Notes under the pieces: model-generated
Seen by the model: only the letters and a program-made list of their open reading frames with translations
What the model was told of the DNA's origin: nothing
The model's database searches: none
Translations under genes and position numbers: made by a program
Source of the DNA: Octopus sinensis
Taxonomy: Eukaryota
NCBI RefSeq assembly: GCF_006345805.1
Contig: NC_043004.1
Span: 93,930,001 to 93,994,000 of the forward strand
Direction: 5' to 3'
Length of the DNA stretch: 64,000 bases
Part shown: positions 24,996 through 38,050 of the stretch, piece by piece
How positions within the stretch are numbered: the first letter of the stretch is position 1
Layout of the letters: every line of letters starts with the position of its first letter

Positions 24996-27194
24996 ATTTA
25001 TTTATTTATTTATTAATTATTTATTCATTCATTTATTTATTCTTGTGATTGGAATAAATAGATCTTGCTGATGTTTTTCAATTGAATCTCTTATCCATGT
25101 TCTTGCTGGCCTTATAAATTCTGGATAAACTTTTCTTTACCGCCACTTGTATCTATTATTCATTTGTACTATTGCCTTGCAACAGTAAGCATTTGGATAT
25201 AAATAGATATTCCTCCAGTAGCATATTGGATATTCATTATCCCTTAGATGGTTGTCTAACCTCTAACTCATATATACTTAATTATATATATATATATATA
25301 TATACACATACACAGAGCGAGAGAGATTAAGAAAACTGTTTTGAATATTTGGCACTTTATCGACTCTTAGTACTGTTGCGAAAAAGTTCATGATATATCG
25401 TTAGTATATGGTGCTCTTATTGCCCACTTGACTTCTTATAATGGCGTCTGAAATACCTGATTCAAAGTCGGAGATTGTTGACATTTGATTGTAGACTGAA
25501 TGGCTTAAGAAAAATGATTGCATTATCATAGGCATTACCAATATCTGCTATGCATTGTTTCAATCATATTATCTCTCTCTCTTTCTCTCTTAATATGTGT
25601 GTGTGCATGTGTGTGTGTGCGTGACAGACAAGTATTGAGTAATATAATCCATAATACTTAACATGAGAGCTTGTGTTCTTCCGTGTTCTCGTCAATAAGC
25701 TGCCATGTTCAATGATGGTTTACTGAATGTAAGTAAAGTGTCTAGAAATGTGCGCTTGCTTTTGAGTCGTGTATGTCCTAGCCACCTCTGTCGGATAGGT
25801 TCTATATATAGATATGTGTGTTGTTATCTAGCCTCGTATCGGCCACGCACGAATAGCTTTATGAACGAAGGAATTCCATCGGTGACCATCCCATCTTGTG
25901 TACAGACATCTCAGGACCACGTTTTCCAATGTATCCTTTTCTAAGACGATAGAGTTTAGTTTGAGGGTATTTGATTGCTATTTCTTGTAGCTCGAGCGAC
26001 CACTTTAGCTCCTATATCTCAATGGTTGTAATATTGGTGATATTAGCTGCTGTTTGTTTCTATTTTCATTTCTCGCTTTTACTACAATGTTTTTTACTGT
26101 GTTGATAGTGTGAATGTATATGTATTTGTATGTGTAGTAGGAATATTAACAGAGTCCCAGATAACAACTCACTATCTGGGAATCGAACCACAATCACTAT
26201 TCCTGCATAATGACAATTAATCGACACTATCAGGATTTTGTTAGAGATTAATGAAGTCAACAAACAATTGACCCGTCAAATTTCTGAGAGATATCACTGT
26301 ATCCAAACGTAGCTAACTAAACAACACGAACGAGATTCCGTCAATGGTTGATGATATCAGGAAAGAAGCGATCGCTCAAGTCTTTGGTAGAAACTATATA
26401 CCATGAATATTCTGCCTTTGGCACACTTTTTCTTCCATAGACGATTTCCTATATATATAGATGTAAATGTCTGCTAACAGTCACAGCTCAGCCAAGACCA
26501 ACCGCTCCATGAATTTACATCAGACCACGATGACGATGATGAGGGCGATGATCGTGATGATGACGACAGTGGCCATGACAAAGCATAAAGCATCTAATTT
26601 CTAGAATCTACAACACTCACGGCTACTGGGCTTGTTGGGACATAACATCTCACAAAGACTAATGAACTGATTCCCTTGACTAATGTATCTCCTTTTCTAC
26701 CGTTCGCTCTCTCTCGGTTTCATACTCTTTATTCTGTTCCCATCAGAAGCGAAATAAATATATCACTAAATTGGTGACCCCTGTCTTAAGAAAATCCCGC
26801 AACTTCTCAGCATACTATTACACTGCGAAGAAATAAATGCTGCAGCTTTTTCTATCGTCTTCAGAACCTTTACCATTTTATTGTTACATATGTATGAATG
26901 AATAGGATTGGTCAAATTGATGCTGACATTTCTGATTAGAACCCAATAAATTTCGAAAAGTGTACTAGGATCGATTCTGTCGACTAAGAAAAATATTCTT
27001 CGAGGCGGAGCCCCAACATAGCTGCAGCCATAAACGGAAACAAGTAACAGAGGAAAGATAAAGGAATACATTCAGAAATGCGGGTATGATATTATGTGTA
27101 TATAATGGTATATGTATATGAAAGTATTCATATTTGCGCGTGCATGTACATATGATGTTGTGTGTATATGATGGTATATACATATATGTGTGAT

Positions 27195-27426
27195 AGGCGG
27201 CGAGCTGGCAGAAACGTTAGCGCGCCGGGCGAAATGCTTAGCGGTATTTCGTCTGCCGTTACGTTGTGAGTTCAAATTCCGCCGAGGTCGACTTTGCCTT
27301 TCATCCTTTCGGGGTCGATAAATTAAGTACCAGTTACGCACTGGGGTCGATGTAATCGACTTAATCCCTTTGTCTGTCCTTGTTTGTCCCCTCTGTGTTT
27401 AGCCCCTTGTGGGTAATAAAGAAATA
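27195..27426 (+). mobile_element. SINE family A, full length, young
   Basis: ggcggcgagctggcagaaacg...gggtaataaagaaata, followed by ggtatatg. Confidence 0.92.
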
Positions 27427-28179
27427 GGTATATGTATATATGTGATTTTGCATGTATAAATGCGCGTGTGCGATATTATGTGACGTGATATGTATATGTA
27501 TATATTTGTATGTTTAAATGACGATGTTAACATTTGCATGTGTAAATGACAAACAGAGAGAAAGAGAGATTCTTTCACTCAGTTACCTTCACACTAAACG
27601 TTACCCGCCTTTATCCAGCCCACATCTCCATACACCCTGGGTTAGGTGAATGGCCTATGTAAACCAAAAGCTCACTCATCGAAACGATAAATGTCTCGTT
27701 AGTGCATCCAGTTCCGGGTTCAAATTTCCACTAAAGGAAAAGTTAACCTGCCAACCGCAAGCGTTCTGTCCCCAGTTGCAAGAGATGGGTCACATTTATT
27801 TGTACAAGTGTAACTCAGTATAAACACCGAACGAAAAGACTATGTTGTTCGTAAGGGATTGACTTAATGTAATCTAAGTTAATTATTTATGCTAATTAAA
27901 TATGCGAATGACTCAAATGCCAACGTACGGAAATGAGTTGGAAATGTAATGAGCCTTGTATAACATCTGATTCCTCACTCCTACTTAATACGAAATATAA
28001 CCTTTCTGTTAAAGGACTTAAAGAATTCTTTGTTGTTGATGCTGTTGTTGTTACCTTCGATTACCATTGAGAAGGCTTGATTTTAGACTGCTTCTGAATT
28101 TACCATTTCTTTGTGATTCAAGTGGATACTCTCTACTTAATACTTTGCTTATTATGATATTATTGTTATAATAAAAGAA

Positions 28180-28400
<221 letters not shown>

Positions 28401-28438
28401 TGATTTGAAACTGTTGTTGTTTTTGTTTATTATTATTA

Positions 28439-28507
<69 letters not shown>

Positions 28508-28939
28508 TATTATTACTTTGGTGCGGTTGTTGTTGTTATTATTGTGCGTGTGAACATTGTTTTTCCCTCTAGTTTTGGGAGTGGAACGAATTGTTTTATT
28601 TAGTTTGTATTTGTTTTTTTTTTCTTCTTTTGCCTGCTTCTTTGAGCAGACAAAAAAATAGGGATAATTGGTAGTGATAGTTGGAGTACGATCCGAAAAT
28701 ACAAGCAGTGGCTCAGCTCACGTGGAAGAACCTTTTTTACAAAAAAAAAAAAAAAAATACTTATTGAAAATAAAATCCGAATTCCTCCTACCAAAAGCGA
28801 TAAAAAAAAAAAAGAAACGTCCATAGATGTCCAATGCTTATAATCCAACTATTATTAAGAGCTTCACCCAACCGGTCATGCCGATTTGCATTTACAGCGC
28901 ATTTTCTTTTGGCAATTGGCTCGGTTTCAAATGTTGATT

Positions 28940-29065
28940 CAAGACAAGCATGTTCGGGGGACGGTTTAACTGGTTACAACAACTGCAGTACTCAACTGGT
29001 ACTTAGTTTATCGACCCCGAAAGAATGAATGGCAAAGTCGACCTCGGCAGTCTTTGAACTCAGTC
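28940..29065 (-). mobile_element. SINE A/B core fragment
   Basis: actggtacttagtttatcgaccccgaaag...gtcgacctcggcagtctttgaactcag. Confidence 0.75.
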
Positions 29066-30016
29066 ACCAGACTGCACCAGCATGGCCGCAGACTAATGTC
29101 TAAAACAAGTAAAAAGAAAAATGATACTATATATATGTATATATACATATATATGAGTGTATGTGAGTGTATCTATGTGTGAGTGTGAGTATGTGTGTGT
29201 GTGTGTGTGTATAAAAACGCATATATTTATTAGTATATATATATGGTATATTGAGGACATAAAAATGCCCTGCCATTTTATTCATGTTTTTAGTACTAAC
29301 TAGTTTCTCATATTTCGTTATTAGTCCTTAACATTTAGTTTGGAATGTCTTAAAAGATAAGAAAACGAAGAATCTTATTGTTCCATAGCAAACTCAGCAA
29401 GGTCAAAATAAAACCTGTCAGAGGACGGAAGAACTCTCGCCGAGAATCCGACGACCAATGATACGTGGAATAGAGATAGGCGCCACGAGGCTATATCCTT
29501 ACTGAAACACAGCGTGGGGCCCCAGCGAAGCGAGAGTCTGTCTCTTGCCGAGCACCTACGTCCTCCCTATGCCATGGATTTTGATCGAATACATACATAC
29601 TTTTGTATTTACGTAACTAATTTGCTAATTAAGTAATTAGTATATGGCGACAGCCTGCTATTTTTATAATCTTTAACGGTATGTTTTTCTCTTCTATTTC
29701 TTTACAGCTAACATTTACTGCTAATAAGAGTCGCTATGCGGTCTTTTGTCTTACAAGAAATAGCAACCAAATAAACCTTAAGTTACATCCTTGCATCTCG
29801 GAAAAAGGAACGAACTGCATATTAAATAATGTAGTTCTATTTACGCTTCAAGCAAATTGGATTGCCAGGGTTGGCGTTTTTGTTCATATGTTAACTGCAT
29901 CGGGGCTTAACTTGGCCCTAAACAACAACGACAACAACGAAGACAACAACAATAACAATAAAAACAACGACGATGACTACGACAGTAGCAACAACAGCAA
30001 CCTTTAGATATATATT

Positions 30017-30395
30017 TTTATCTTTTACTTGTTTGTCATTAGACTGTGACCATGCTGGAGCACCGCTTTGAAAAATTTTACTCGATCGAATCGACTTTTT
30101 TTGAAGCCTGGTATTTATTCTATCCTTTTTTTGTGTGTGTTTTGCTCATTTTTTTGTGGGGGGTGTTTTTGTTTTTGTGCTGAACTGCTACGTGACGAGG
30201 ATGTAAATTCAACCAACACCAGTTCTCAAGCGGTAATGGGGGACAAACACAGACACAAAACCACACACGCGTACACACACATACACACACACATATATAT
30301 ATGTACATTTATATGACCGGCTTCTTACAGTTCCCATCTTCCAAATCCACTCACAAGGCTTTGGGAGGCTGGAGGCTATAGCAGAAGACACTCCA
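30017..30395 (-). mobile_element. SINE family C, degenerate
   Basis: ccatgctggagcaccgc...ccaaatccactcacaaggcttt motifs. Confidence 0.75.
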
Positions 30396-30569
30396 CTCAA
30401 GTATTGGGGTTGATAAAAAAAAACGAATGAACAAAAACATAGAAGCTATACCTGGGCCTTCAACACTAAACACTGTCCAAAAAAATAACCTTGCGAAAGA
30501 CACTATCAATTCAATAGTACAACCCAAATGAAACAATCCACAAACACAAGACGCATTCTGTACAGTAAA

Positions 30570-30966
30570 TCTTTATATATAAAAGTGAAGTTGTGTGGTG
30601 TCTGTCTCCTACGATTTAGATTCCTAACTACTCCCACATTTTGCGGTGCAGTTTAACCAAAACCGGGTATCTTATAGTCGTGCTTCATATCGAGCCCTTC
30701 TGGGTATTAGCGCGCGTCCACAATGAGTCTACGATTTAAAAAAAAATTTACCATCATTTTATTCCATTTTAATGCATTTTTTCGATATTATATAAGGGAA
30801 GTAACTCTCTAAAAATGTCTACGATGAGTCAACGATTAAAAAAAATTTACCATCATTTTTTTTCCATTTTTAATGCATTTTTTCTATTTTTTTGCTATGA
30901 CTCTCTAAAAATGCTTATATAGTTATTTCCCTTACAAACCCGAGCAACGCCGGGCGATACTGCTAG
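30570..30966 (+). mobile_element. Non-autonomous Helitron
   Basis: Starts TC after A, ends CTAG before T; subterminal GC hairpin cccgagcaacgccggg (30939-30954); no TSD; internal about 100-bp tandem duplication. Confidence 0.8.
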
Positions 30967-31225
30967 TATCCAATAAAATAAACAATCCCACTGGTTGGAA
31001 AACCCAACTCGCATTACACACATAACACACTATACAAACACTAATACAACAAAAGACTCAAGTCAAACCTCATAACAAAATGGACTGATGCAATATAATA
31101 AGAATTTGTACTCCCTCAACAACAATTTTTTTTCAAATGAACACATAATGCTACACACATCTCGGCAACAAGGCGGTGTAGCAGCTGATGCAGTAGAAAT
31201 TTACCTGAAACTATCAACTGTCGAG

Positions 31226-31700
31226 GTGCAGTAACCAGCAGTGGCTCTGGTGTCTTCTGATCTTAACTGATTGGAAGTGCTTTGCCTTGGCGTAAAAGAC
31301 AGGCTACAGCAAATGTTCTGCTCAATAGCACAAATTTGTTTATCATTTGCTTGACTTTCATGAGATGAGCATGTCACGTGGTGGCTGATGATATGTACAG
31401 CTCTGATCACGAACGGGAGTAGTGGGGGAGCATCATAGCCATGTGTGGAGAGAGATTTTTTGGGATTTTAATTATTCCCCTCTGGAAACATGGGACTTGA
31501 ATAATTTCCCTCTGGAAACATCACCTTCAAACAAACCATTGATTCTTTGAGATTCTTTGGGATTTGAATAATTCCCCTCTGGAAACATCATCCTCAAACA
31601 AACCTTTTTCAAAAAACCTTTTGCGTAGAACAGGCTACTTCACCTGAAGAAAATTCTCACGATTGCCCCAATCAACTGCCGGTTAACTAATTCACTAATC
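31226..31700 (+). mobile_element. Old copy of the about 555-bp (AAT)n-associated non-coding element
   Basis: Diverged match to 35394-35946, with a locally triplicated aataattcccctctggaaacat segment. Confidence 0.7.
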
Positions 31701-31819
31701 TGGTCCTTGTTGTCTTTGCGTGCCGGGGCCCTGTCTACAGACCCTATCTAAATCGACTTCTGCAGATCACAAATTCGCGTTCTCTGTAGCCGATCAATTT
31801 GGATTGTAGAGTAATCAGA

Positions 31820-31999
31820 AGGCACCAAGAGAATATAAAGGAAATCGGAATAGAGAGTTCAGTAAGGGTTGTTACAAAAATTTTGCCTCCTTGGCACGGC
31901 CAGAATAATCAGGAAAGTATTAAGTAGTTGAAAAGAACATATAGCATAGTACAGTAAGCTGCAGGTAGCAAGCCGACAACGCATGCAAGACTCCTGAAT
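31820..31999 (+). mobile_element. R4/Dong-like LINE 3' end
   Basis: Encodes CLLGTARIIRKVLSS* then a short 3' UTR and (AAT)n; UTR resembles 33850-33950. Confidence 0.75.
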
Positions 32000-32014
32000 T
32001 AAATAATAATGATA

Positions 32015-32077
<63 letters not shown>

Positions 32078-32264
32078 GGCACAAGACTTAAAATTTGGGG
32101 AAGGGACATTACATCGACCCAGTATTTAAATGGTACTTAATTTATCGACCCCGAAAGGATGAAAGACAAAGTCGACCTTGGCGGAATTTGAACTCAGAAC
32201 GTAGCAGCAGACGAAACACCGCTATTTCGCCCGGCTTTCTAACGATTCTGCCAGTTCGCCGCCT

Positions 32265-32265
<1 letters not shown>
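32078..32265 (-). mobile_element. SINE family B-type copy
   Basis: Antisense head ccagttcgccgcctt; tail ggcacaagacttaaaatttgggg. Confidence 0.85.
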
Positions 32266-32352
<87 letters not shown>

Positions 32353-32354
<2 letters not shown>

Positions 32355-32868
32355 TCTTAACTGATTGGAAGTGTTATCATGTACATTGTTTTGTCTTGGT
32401 ATAAAAGACGGACTACAGCAAATATTCTGCTCAATACCACAGATTTGCTTGTCAGTTGTTTGACCGTAACCAGTTGAGCATGTCCCTTAGTGGCTGACGA
32501 TATGTGCATCTCTGATCACGAGCAGAAGTAGTGGGGGAGCATCATAGCCATGTGTTGAGAGGGATTCTTTGGGGTTTGAATAATTCACCTCTGGAAACAT
32601 GGGTGCTTCGTTCAACATCCTTAAACAACCCTTATTCAAGGACCTTTTGAGCGGGATGGGCTACTCAACCTGAAAAAAAATTCTAACTGGGCCCCACCTG
32701 CAAGGTCATGTGCTGTTTATCTTGATATGAGATCACCATGTCGCGCACATATGGTTGTGATGCATGTGCCTGGTGTACCTTTATCAGACGGGTAGTCATG
32801 ATGGGTATATTGGGCTTCGTATATTTTACCCCAGTGTCACTTTGATGGCATGCACTGCTCTCTCACTC
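32353..32868 (+). mobile_element. About 555-bp (AAT)n-associated element, 5'-truncated copy
   Basis: Very similar to 35394-35946; (AAT)n on both sides. Confidence 0.85.
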
Positions 32869-32919
32869 AATAATAATAATAATAATAATAATAATTCACA
32901 AAAAGTTATTCACAAGAAG

Positions 32920-33954
32920 TTAGGCAGAACTGGACTGCGTAGTCCAGTCTGTGCGGAGTTTCTCCGGTGATATTAAGATGGGGCTTAGACTCTTAAAATG
33001 TGCTACGATGGTAATGAGACGAGGAAAGCTTGTCAGGACAGTAGCCATAGGTTTGCCAAGTGATGAACTGATGAAGGCAATTCAGCCTCAATCCAGTTAT
33101 AAATACCTGGTAATACTTGAGATAGATGGAATTAGACTCAATGACATGAAGGAAAAGGCAAAAAGCGAGTACCTGTGGTCAGTGAGAAAAATACTTATTT
33201 CTTTACTACCCACAAGGGGCTAAACATAGAGGGGACAAACAAGGACAGACAAAGGGATTAAGTCGATTACATCGACCACAGAGTTCAACTGGTACTTAAT
33301 TTATCGACCCCGAAAGGATGAAAGGCAAAGTCGACCTCGGCGGAATTTGAACTCAGAACGTAACGGCAGACAAAATACGGCTACGCATTTCGCCCGGCGT
33401 GCTAACGTTTCTGCCAGCTCGCCGCCTTCAGTGAGAAAAATACTGGTTTCAAAGTTGAATGCCAGAAACCTAATTTTGGTAGTAAACTCTCGTGCGTGCA
33501 GTCGCAGTAGTTCGGTATGGTGCTGGAATCCTAAAGTGAACAGAGGAGGAGCTAAAGGAGATGGACAGGAAATCAGGAAAGCTTCTAACGATGCATGGAG
33601 CCCATCATCCACGTGCAGACACTGATCGCCAAAACATGAAGAGAGCAAATACAGGAAGAGGATTTATTTGTGTGGAAGACTGTACGTATCGAACTCGAGA
33701 GCTTAATGAGATACCTAGCCCAAAGTAAGGAAACCTTGCTAGTGACAGTTAGGAACGAGGGAGAGTATTGAAAGCAGAGAAAAAAGGAACACGAAGGAAG
33801 AAGTACAAAATGTGTTTGCCTTCTTGGCATGGACAGAATAATCAAGAAAGTATCAGATAGCTGAAAAGAACAGATAGCATGGTACGGTAAGCTGCAGGCA
33901 GCAAGCCCGACACGCATGTAAGACTCCAGGAGTTCCAACAAAACCTGTAATAAA

Positions 33955-33955
<1 letters not shown>
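32920..33955 (+). mobile_element. R4/Dong-like LINE relic (RT thumb region joined to the 3' end), interrupted by a SINE
   Basis: FSGDIKMGLRLLKCA...YKYLVILE...MKEKAKSEYLWSVRKIL, resuming after the SINE as VRKILVSKLNARN...VVRYGAGILK; ends CLLGMDRIIKKV plus UTR plus (AAT)n. Confidence 0.82.
33196..33428 (-). mobile_element. SINE family A, full length (233 bp) with 16-bp TSD
   Basis: TSD cagtgagaaaaatact at 33180-33195 and 33429-33444. Confidence 0.95.
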
Positions 33956-34041
<86 letters not shown>

Positions 34042-34043
34042 TT

Positions 34044-34756
34044 CTACTGGAAGCTCAAAGCCTCAAATTTGGGGGAAGGAATTAAATCGATTACATCGGC
34101 CCCAGTGCTTAACTGGTACTTATTTAATCGACCTCGAAAGGATTGCAGGCAAAGCCGACCTCGGTGGAATTTGAATTCAGAACGTAGCGGCAGACGAAAT
34201 ACCTATTTCTTTACTACCCACAAGGAGCTAAACACAGAGGACACAAACAAGGACAGACAGACGGATAAAGTCGATTATATCGACCCCAGTGAAACTTAAT
34301 TTATCGACCCCGAAAGGATGAAAGGCAAAGTCGACCTCGGCGGAATTTAAACTCAGAATGTAACGGCAGACGAAATACAGATACGCATTTCGCCCGGCTT
34401 GCTAACGATTCTGTCGTCTTACTGCCTTAAGTGCGTAACTGGTACTTAATTTATCGACCCCGAAAGGATGAATGGCAAAGTCGTCCACGACAGAATTTGA
34501 ACTAAGAACGTAGCGGCAGACGAAATATCTATTTCTTTACTACCCACAAGGAGCTAAACACAGAGGAGACAAACAAGGACAGACAGACGGATTAAGTCGA
34601 TTACATCGACCCCAGTGCGTAACTGGTACTTATTTAATCGACCCCGAAAGGATGAAAGGCAAAGTCGACCTCAGCGGAATTTGAACTCAGAACGTAACGG
34701 CACACGAAGTACAGCTACGCATTTCGCCCGGAGTGCTAACGTTTCTGCGAGCTCAC
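34044..34756 (-). mobile_element. Nested/tandem array of four SINE A/B units
   Basis: Junctions gacgaaatac|ctatttc (34202/34203) and gacgaaatat|ctatttc (34528/34529); full heads end near 34428 and 34756. Confidence 0.85.
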
Positions 34757-35170
34757 CTCAACCATTCTGCCAACTGACAACTTTTATGAGAAAGCGGGAA
34801 ATCTGTTAAAAGATTTTAGGGCAGAAAACCATACATTTCGTGTATTTAACAGGATAATGATATAACCATATATGCAATGCAGACAAGAGAAGAAAAAAAA
34901 AATGAAATGTGCAGTTATACACGTGTAACATATGGGTGCATCAGCATATTAACGATGACATGTGACAAAGAGCGCACGGGATAGGTCGAACATAGTGCAA
35001 AGCAGCGTGGGTTAGTAGTGAGAAAGCGAATCAGACATGGAGATAGTTTCACGGGGCAGTTGGGTGGTAAGGGAGCTTGTGAAGTAGGATAAGAAGTGAA
35101 AGAAATTCGTGAGAACTTAAGGCTTAAAACAAAAATAACGCGTTTATTATATTTGTAAAAAAAAAAAAAA

Positions 35171-35184
35171 TGATAATAATAATG

Positions 35185-35254
<70 letters not shown>

Positions 35255-35264
35255 TAATAATAAT

Positions 35265-35300
<36 letters not shown>

Positions 35301-35317
35301 TAATGATAATAATAATT

Positions 35318-35349
<32 letters not shown>

Positions 35350-35392
35350 TAATGATAATAATAATTATAATAATAATAATAATAATAATAAA
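35171..35392. repeat. (AAT)n microsatellite with higher-order variant blocks
   Basis: Direct reading. Confidence 0.95.
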
Positions 35393-35393
35393 T

Positions 35394-35946
35394 GCCCTGA
35401 TGCAGTACCAGGCAGTGGCTCTCATGGCTTCTGATCTTAACTGATTGGAAGTGTTATCATGTACATTGTTTTGTCTTAGTATAAAAGATGGGCTACAGTA
35501 AATATTCTGCTCAATACCACAGATTTGCTTGTCAGTTGTTTGACCTTAACCAGTTGAGCATGTCCCTTAGTGGCTGACGATATGTGCATCTCTGATCACG
35601 AGCAGAAGTAGTGGGGGAGCATCATAGCCATGTGTTGAGAGGGATTCTTGGGGTTTGAATAATTCACCTCTGGAAACATGGGTGTTTCGTTCAACATCCT
35701 TAAACAACCCTTATTCAGGGACCTTTCGAGTGGGATGGGTTACTCGACCTGAAGAAAATTCTAACTGGGCCCCACCTGCAAGGTCATGTGCTGTTTATTT
35801 TGATATGAGATCACCATGTCGCGCACATATGGTTGTGATGCATGTGCCTAGTGTACCCTTATCAGACGGGTAGTCATGATGGGTATACTGGGCTTCGTAT
35901 ATTTTACCCCAGTGTCACTTTGAGGGCATGCACTGCTCTCTCACTC
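35394..35946 (+). mobile_element. About 555-bp non-coding element inserted in (AAT)n, apparently full length
   Basis: gccctgatgcagtaccagg...ctctctcactc with (AAT)n on both sides; three copies within 31.2-36.0 kb. Confidence 0.85.
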
Positions 35947-35974
35947 AATAATAATAATAATAATAATAATAAAC

Positions 35975-36185
35975 GTTTCCAATTTTGACACAAAGCCAAC
36001 CAGCTCGGTGGGGGAGTAAGTCAATTACATTGACTCTAGTGCACAACTGGTAATTATTTCATCAACCCCAAAAGGATGGAAGCCAAAGTCAACCTCGGCG
36101 GAATTTGAACTCAGAACGTAGAGACGGACGAAATGCTGCTAAGCATTTTGCCCGGCCCGTTAACGATTCTGCCAACTGGCCGCCC

Positions 36186-36186
<1 letters not shown>
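35975..36186 (-). mobile_element. SINE family B-type copy, diverged
   Basis: aacctcggcggaatttgaactcagaacg...ctgccaactggcc. Confidence 0.8.
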
Positions 36187-36247
<61 letters not shown>

Positions 36248-36249
36248 CA

Positions 36250-36600
36250 TAGCAACAGATGTAATAGCACAGGTATCAAAACTGCCGAAAAGAGACAGGA
36301 CCAGACGGTATTCAAAGTTGCTGGCTCAAGTAGTTTAGGTCAACATACAAGCGAATTGCGTGGCAATTGAACAATTACCTACAGAGTGATGCAGTTCCGG
36401 AATGTATTGTAGAGAGAAAGACAACATCGTTTTCGAAAGATCATTCAAAGGGCAATGAGGTTGACAATTACCGACCCATTGCTTGTGGAAAGTGTGTGTT
36501 AACAGGCATCCTTTCAGGGAAAATGATTTTTAAATTTCTTACGACATATCGCCGCACTCATAGATTTTGGAAATACTCGACATGTGTGGAATAGCTAAGA
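36250..36600 (+). mobile_element. R4/Dong-like RT N-terminal fragment
   Basis: AVPECIVERKTT...KDHSKGNEVDNYRPIAC...LTGI resembles the NYRPI RT motif. Confidence 0.75.
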
Positions 36601-36646
36601 ACGTGTGTGCACTGATTAAGTACCTTGGGATTCTGAAGCTAGACAA

Positions 36647-36817
36647 TAGTTCACTGTGTGTATGACAAAGGCATTGTTTTGTTTTGGTTTAGTGGGGTTT
36701 TTGGATCTTCGAAAATGGTGGGTGTACAAGCAAATCTGATCCTCAAATCAGGTCTGGCTCAAATACCCTGCGATGGAGTGTAATCTTTTGAATGTATTTA
36801 AGGTCTAAGTAGTGATG
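36647..36817. repeat. 171-bp dispersed repeat, copy 1
   Basis: Same orientation and same ends as 44332-44502, few substitutions. Confidence 0.85.
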
Positions 36818-37052
36818 GTGGTCATTAATGAGAGACGGAGGCCTCAAAGGAGAAATAGTTGAGCGATATGATGATGATGATGATGATGATGATTTCTTAT
36901 ATTTTCCAAAGGAACATCAGATGAGAGGGATGTTACAAGGACGGTTTACAATATGAGTAGAGGTTTACGTAAAAGATGAGGGTAAAAAAAAAATACAATG
37001 TAGAAATGAGATAAAAGTATACACAGTATACAAAATATATAAACACATCGAT

Positions 37053-37436
37053 GGGAAGCACTCCGTCGGTTACGACGACGAGGGTTCCGGTTGATCCGAA
37101 TCAACGGAACAGCCTGCTCGTGAAATTAACGTGTAAGTGGCTGAGCACTCCACAGACACGTGCACTCTTAACGTAGTTCTCGGGGATATTCAGCGTGACA
37201 CAGAGAGTGACAAGGCCGGCCCTTTGAAATACAGGTACAACAGAAACAGAAAGTAAGAGTGAGAGAAAGTTGTGGTGAAAGAGTACAGCAGGGATCACCA
37301 CCATCCCCTGCCGGAGCCTCGTGGAGCTTTTAGGTGTTTTCGCTCAATAAACACTCACAACGCCCGGTCTGGGAATCGAAACCGCGATCCTATGACCGCG
37401 AGTCCGCTGCCCTAACCACTGGGCCATTGCGCCTCC
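37053..37436 (-). mobile_element. SINE family D, full length with TSD
   Basis: Reverse complement of 5639-6025; TSD aaacacatcgat at 37041-37052 and 37439-37450. Confidence 0.92.
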
Positions 37437-37707
37437 ACAAACACATCGATAATGTAGTCCTGACACAAGAGAGCCTCCAACTAGAGCCAGTCAAAGAAAC
37501 CCACAAAGCCAGAATCATCCTGATCACTAAACGCTCAAACCCTTGTCCAACTCTTGTTCTCCAATCTACAAACGCAAGTTTAGAAGAGGTCCATTCAACC
37601 TAACCATTTTAACACATTCACCCACCTTTTGACAAATATACAGAGACAGAGCACTTCCTTCTCCATCCTCACTTTTACTTCTTAATAGAACTTAAAGTGA
37701 TGATGTT

Positions 37708-38050
37708 TTAGTCGAAGAGGTGGGGTTTGATCCTCAATTCTTCCAACCTCGTCCACCAGACAACCTCTGTCACCGTAGCCAATAGACAGGAACAACACTT
37801 GCCCTGCTTTACTGAAGGTGGTAGTGGGGTGACGCCCGCGGTGAACTCAGAAGTCAGTCGGATTTGTCCTACACGCGAAACAAACTGTTCTATATAACTC
37901 CACAAGTCAGTAACGCTCGGATACTGCGCGAGCGCATGCATTACGCCCTGTACGATCTCGAGCAGCCCCACCTGGTGACACTTTTGTGTTTATCTCGAAT
38001 CTGCAGTGTCCCATGGTAACAGTGCCTATGGTAGAGCCGGTTAGGAAATC
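37708..38050 (-). mobile_element. L1/Tx1-like LINE C-terminal (zinc-binding region) relic
   Basis: HCYHGTLQIRDK then VMHALAQYPSVTDLWSYIEQFVSRVG...TEVVWWTRLEEL, resembling L1/Tx1 ORF2 C-termini (recalled similarity). Confidence 0.6.

Noticed and set aside
33052-33090. CTGATGAAGGC...GCC hammerhead-like start
   Set aside because: No GAAA box follows; it lies within the R4 RT reading frame.
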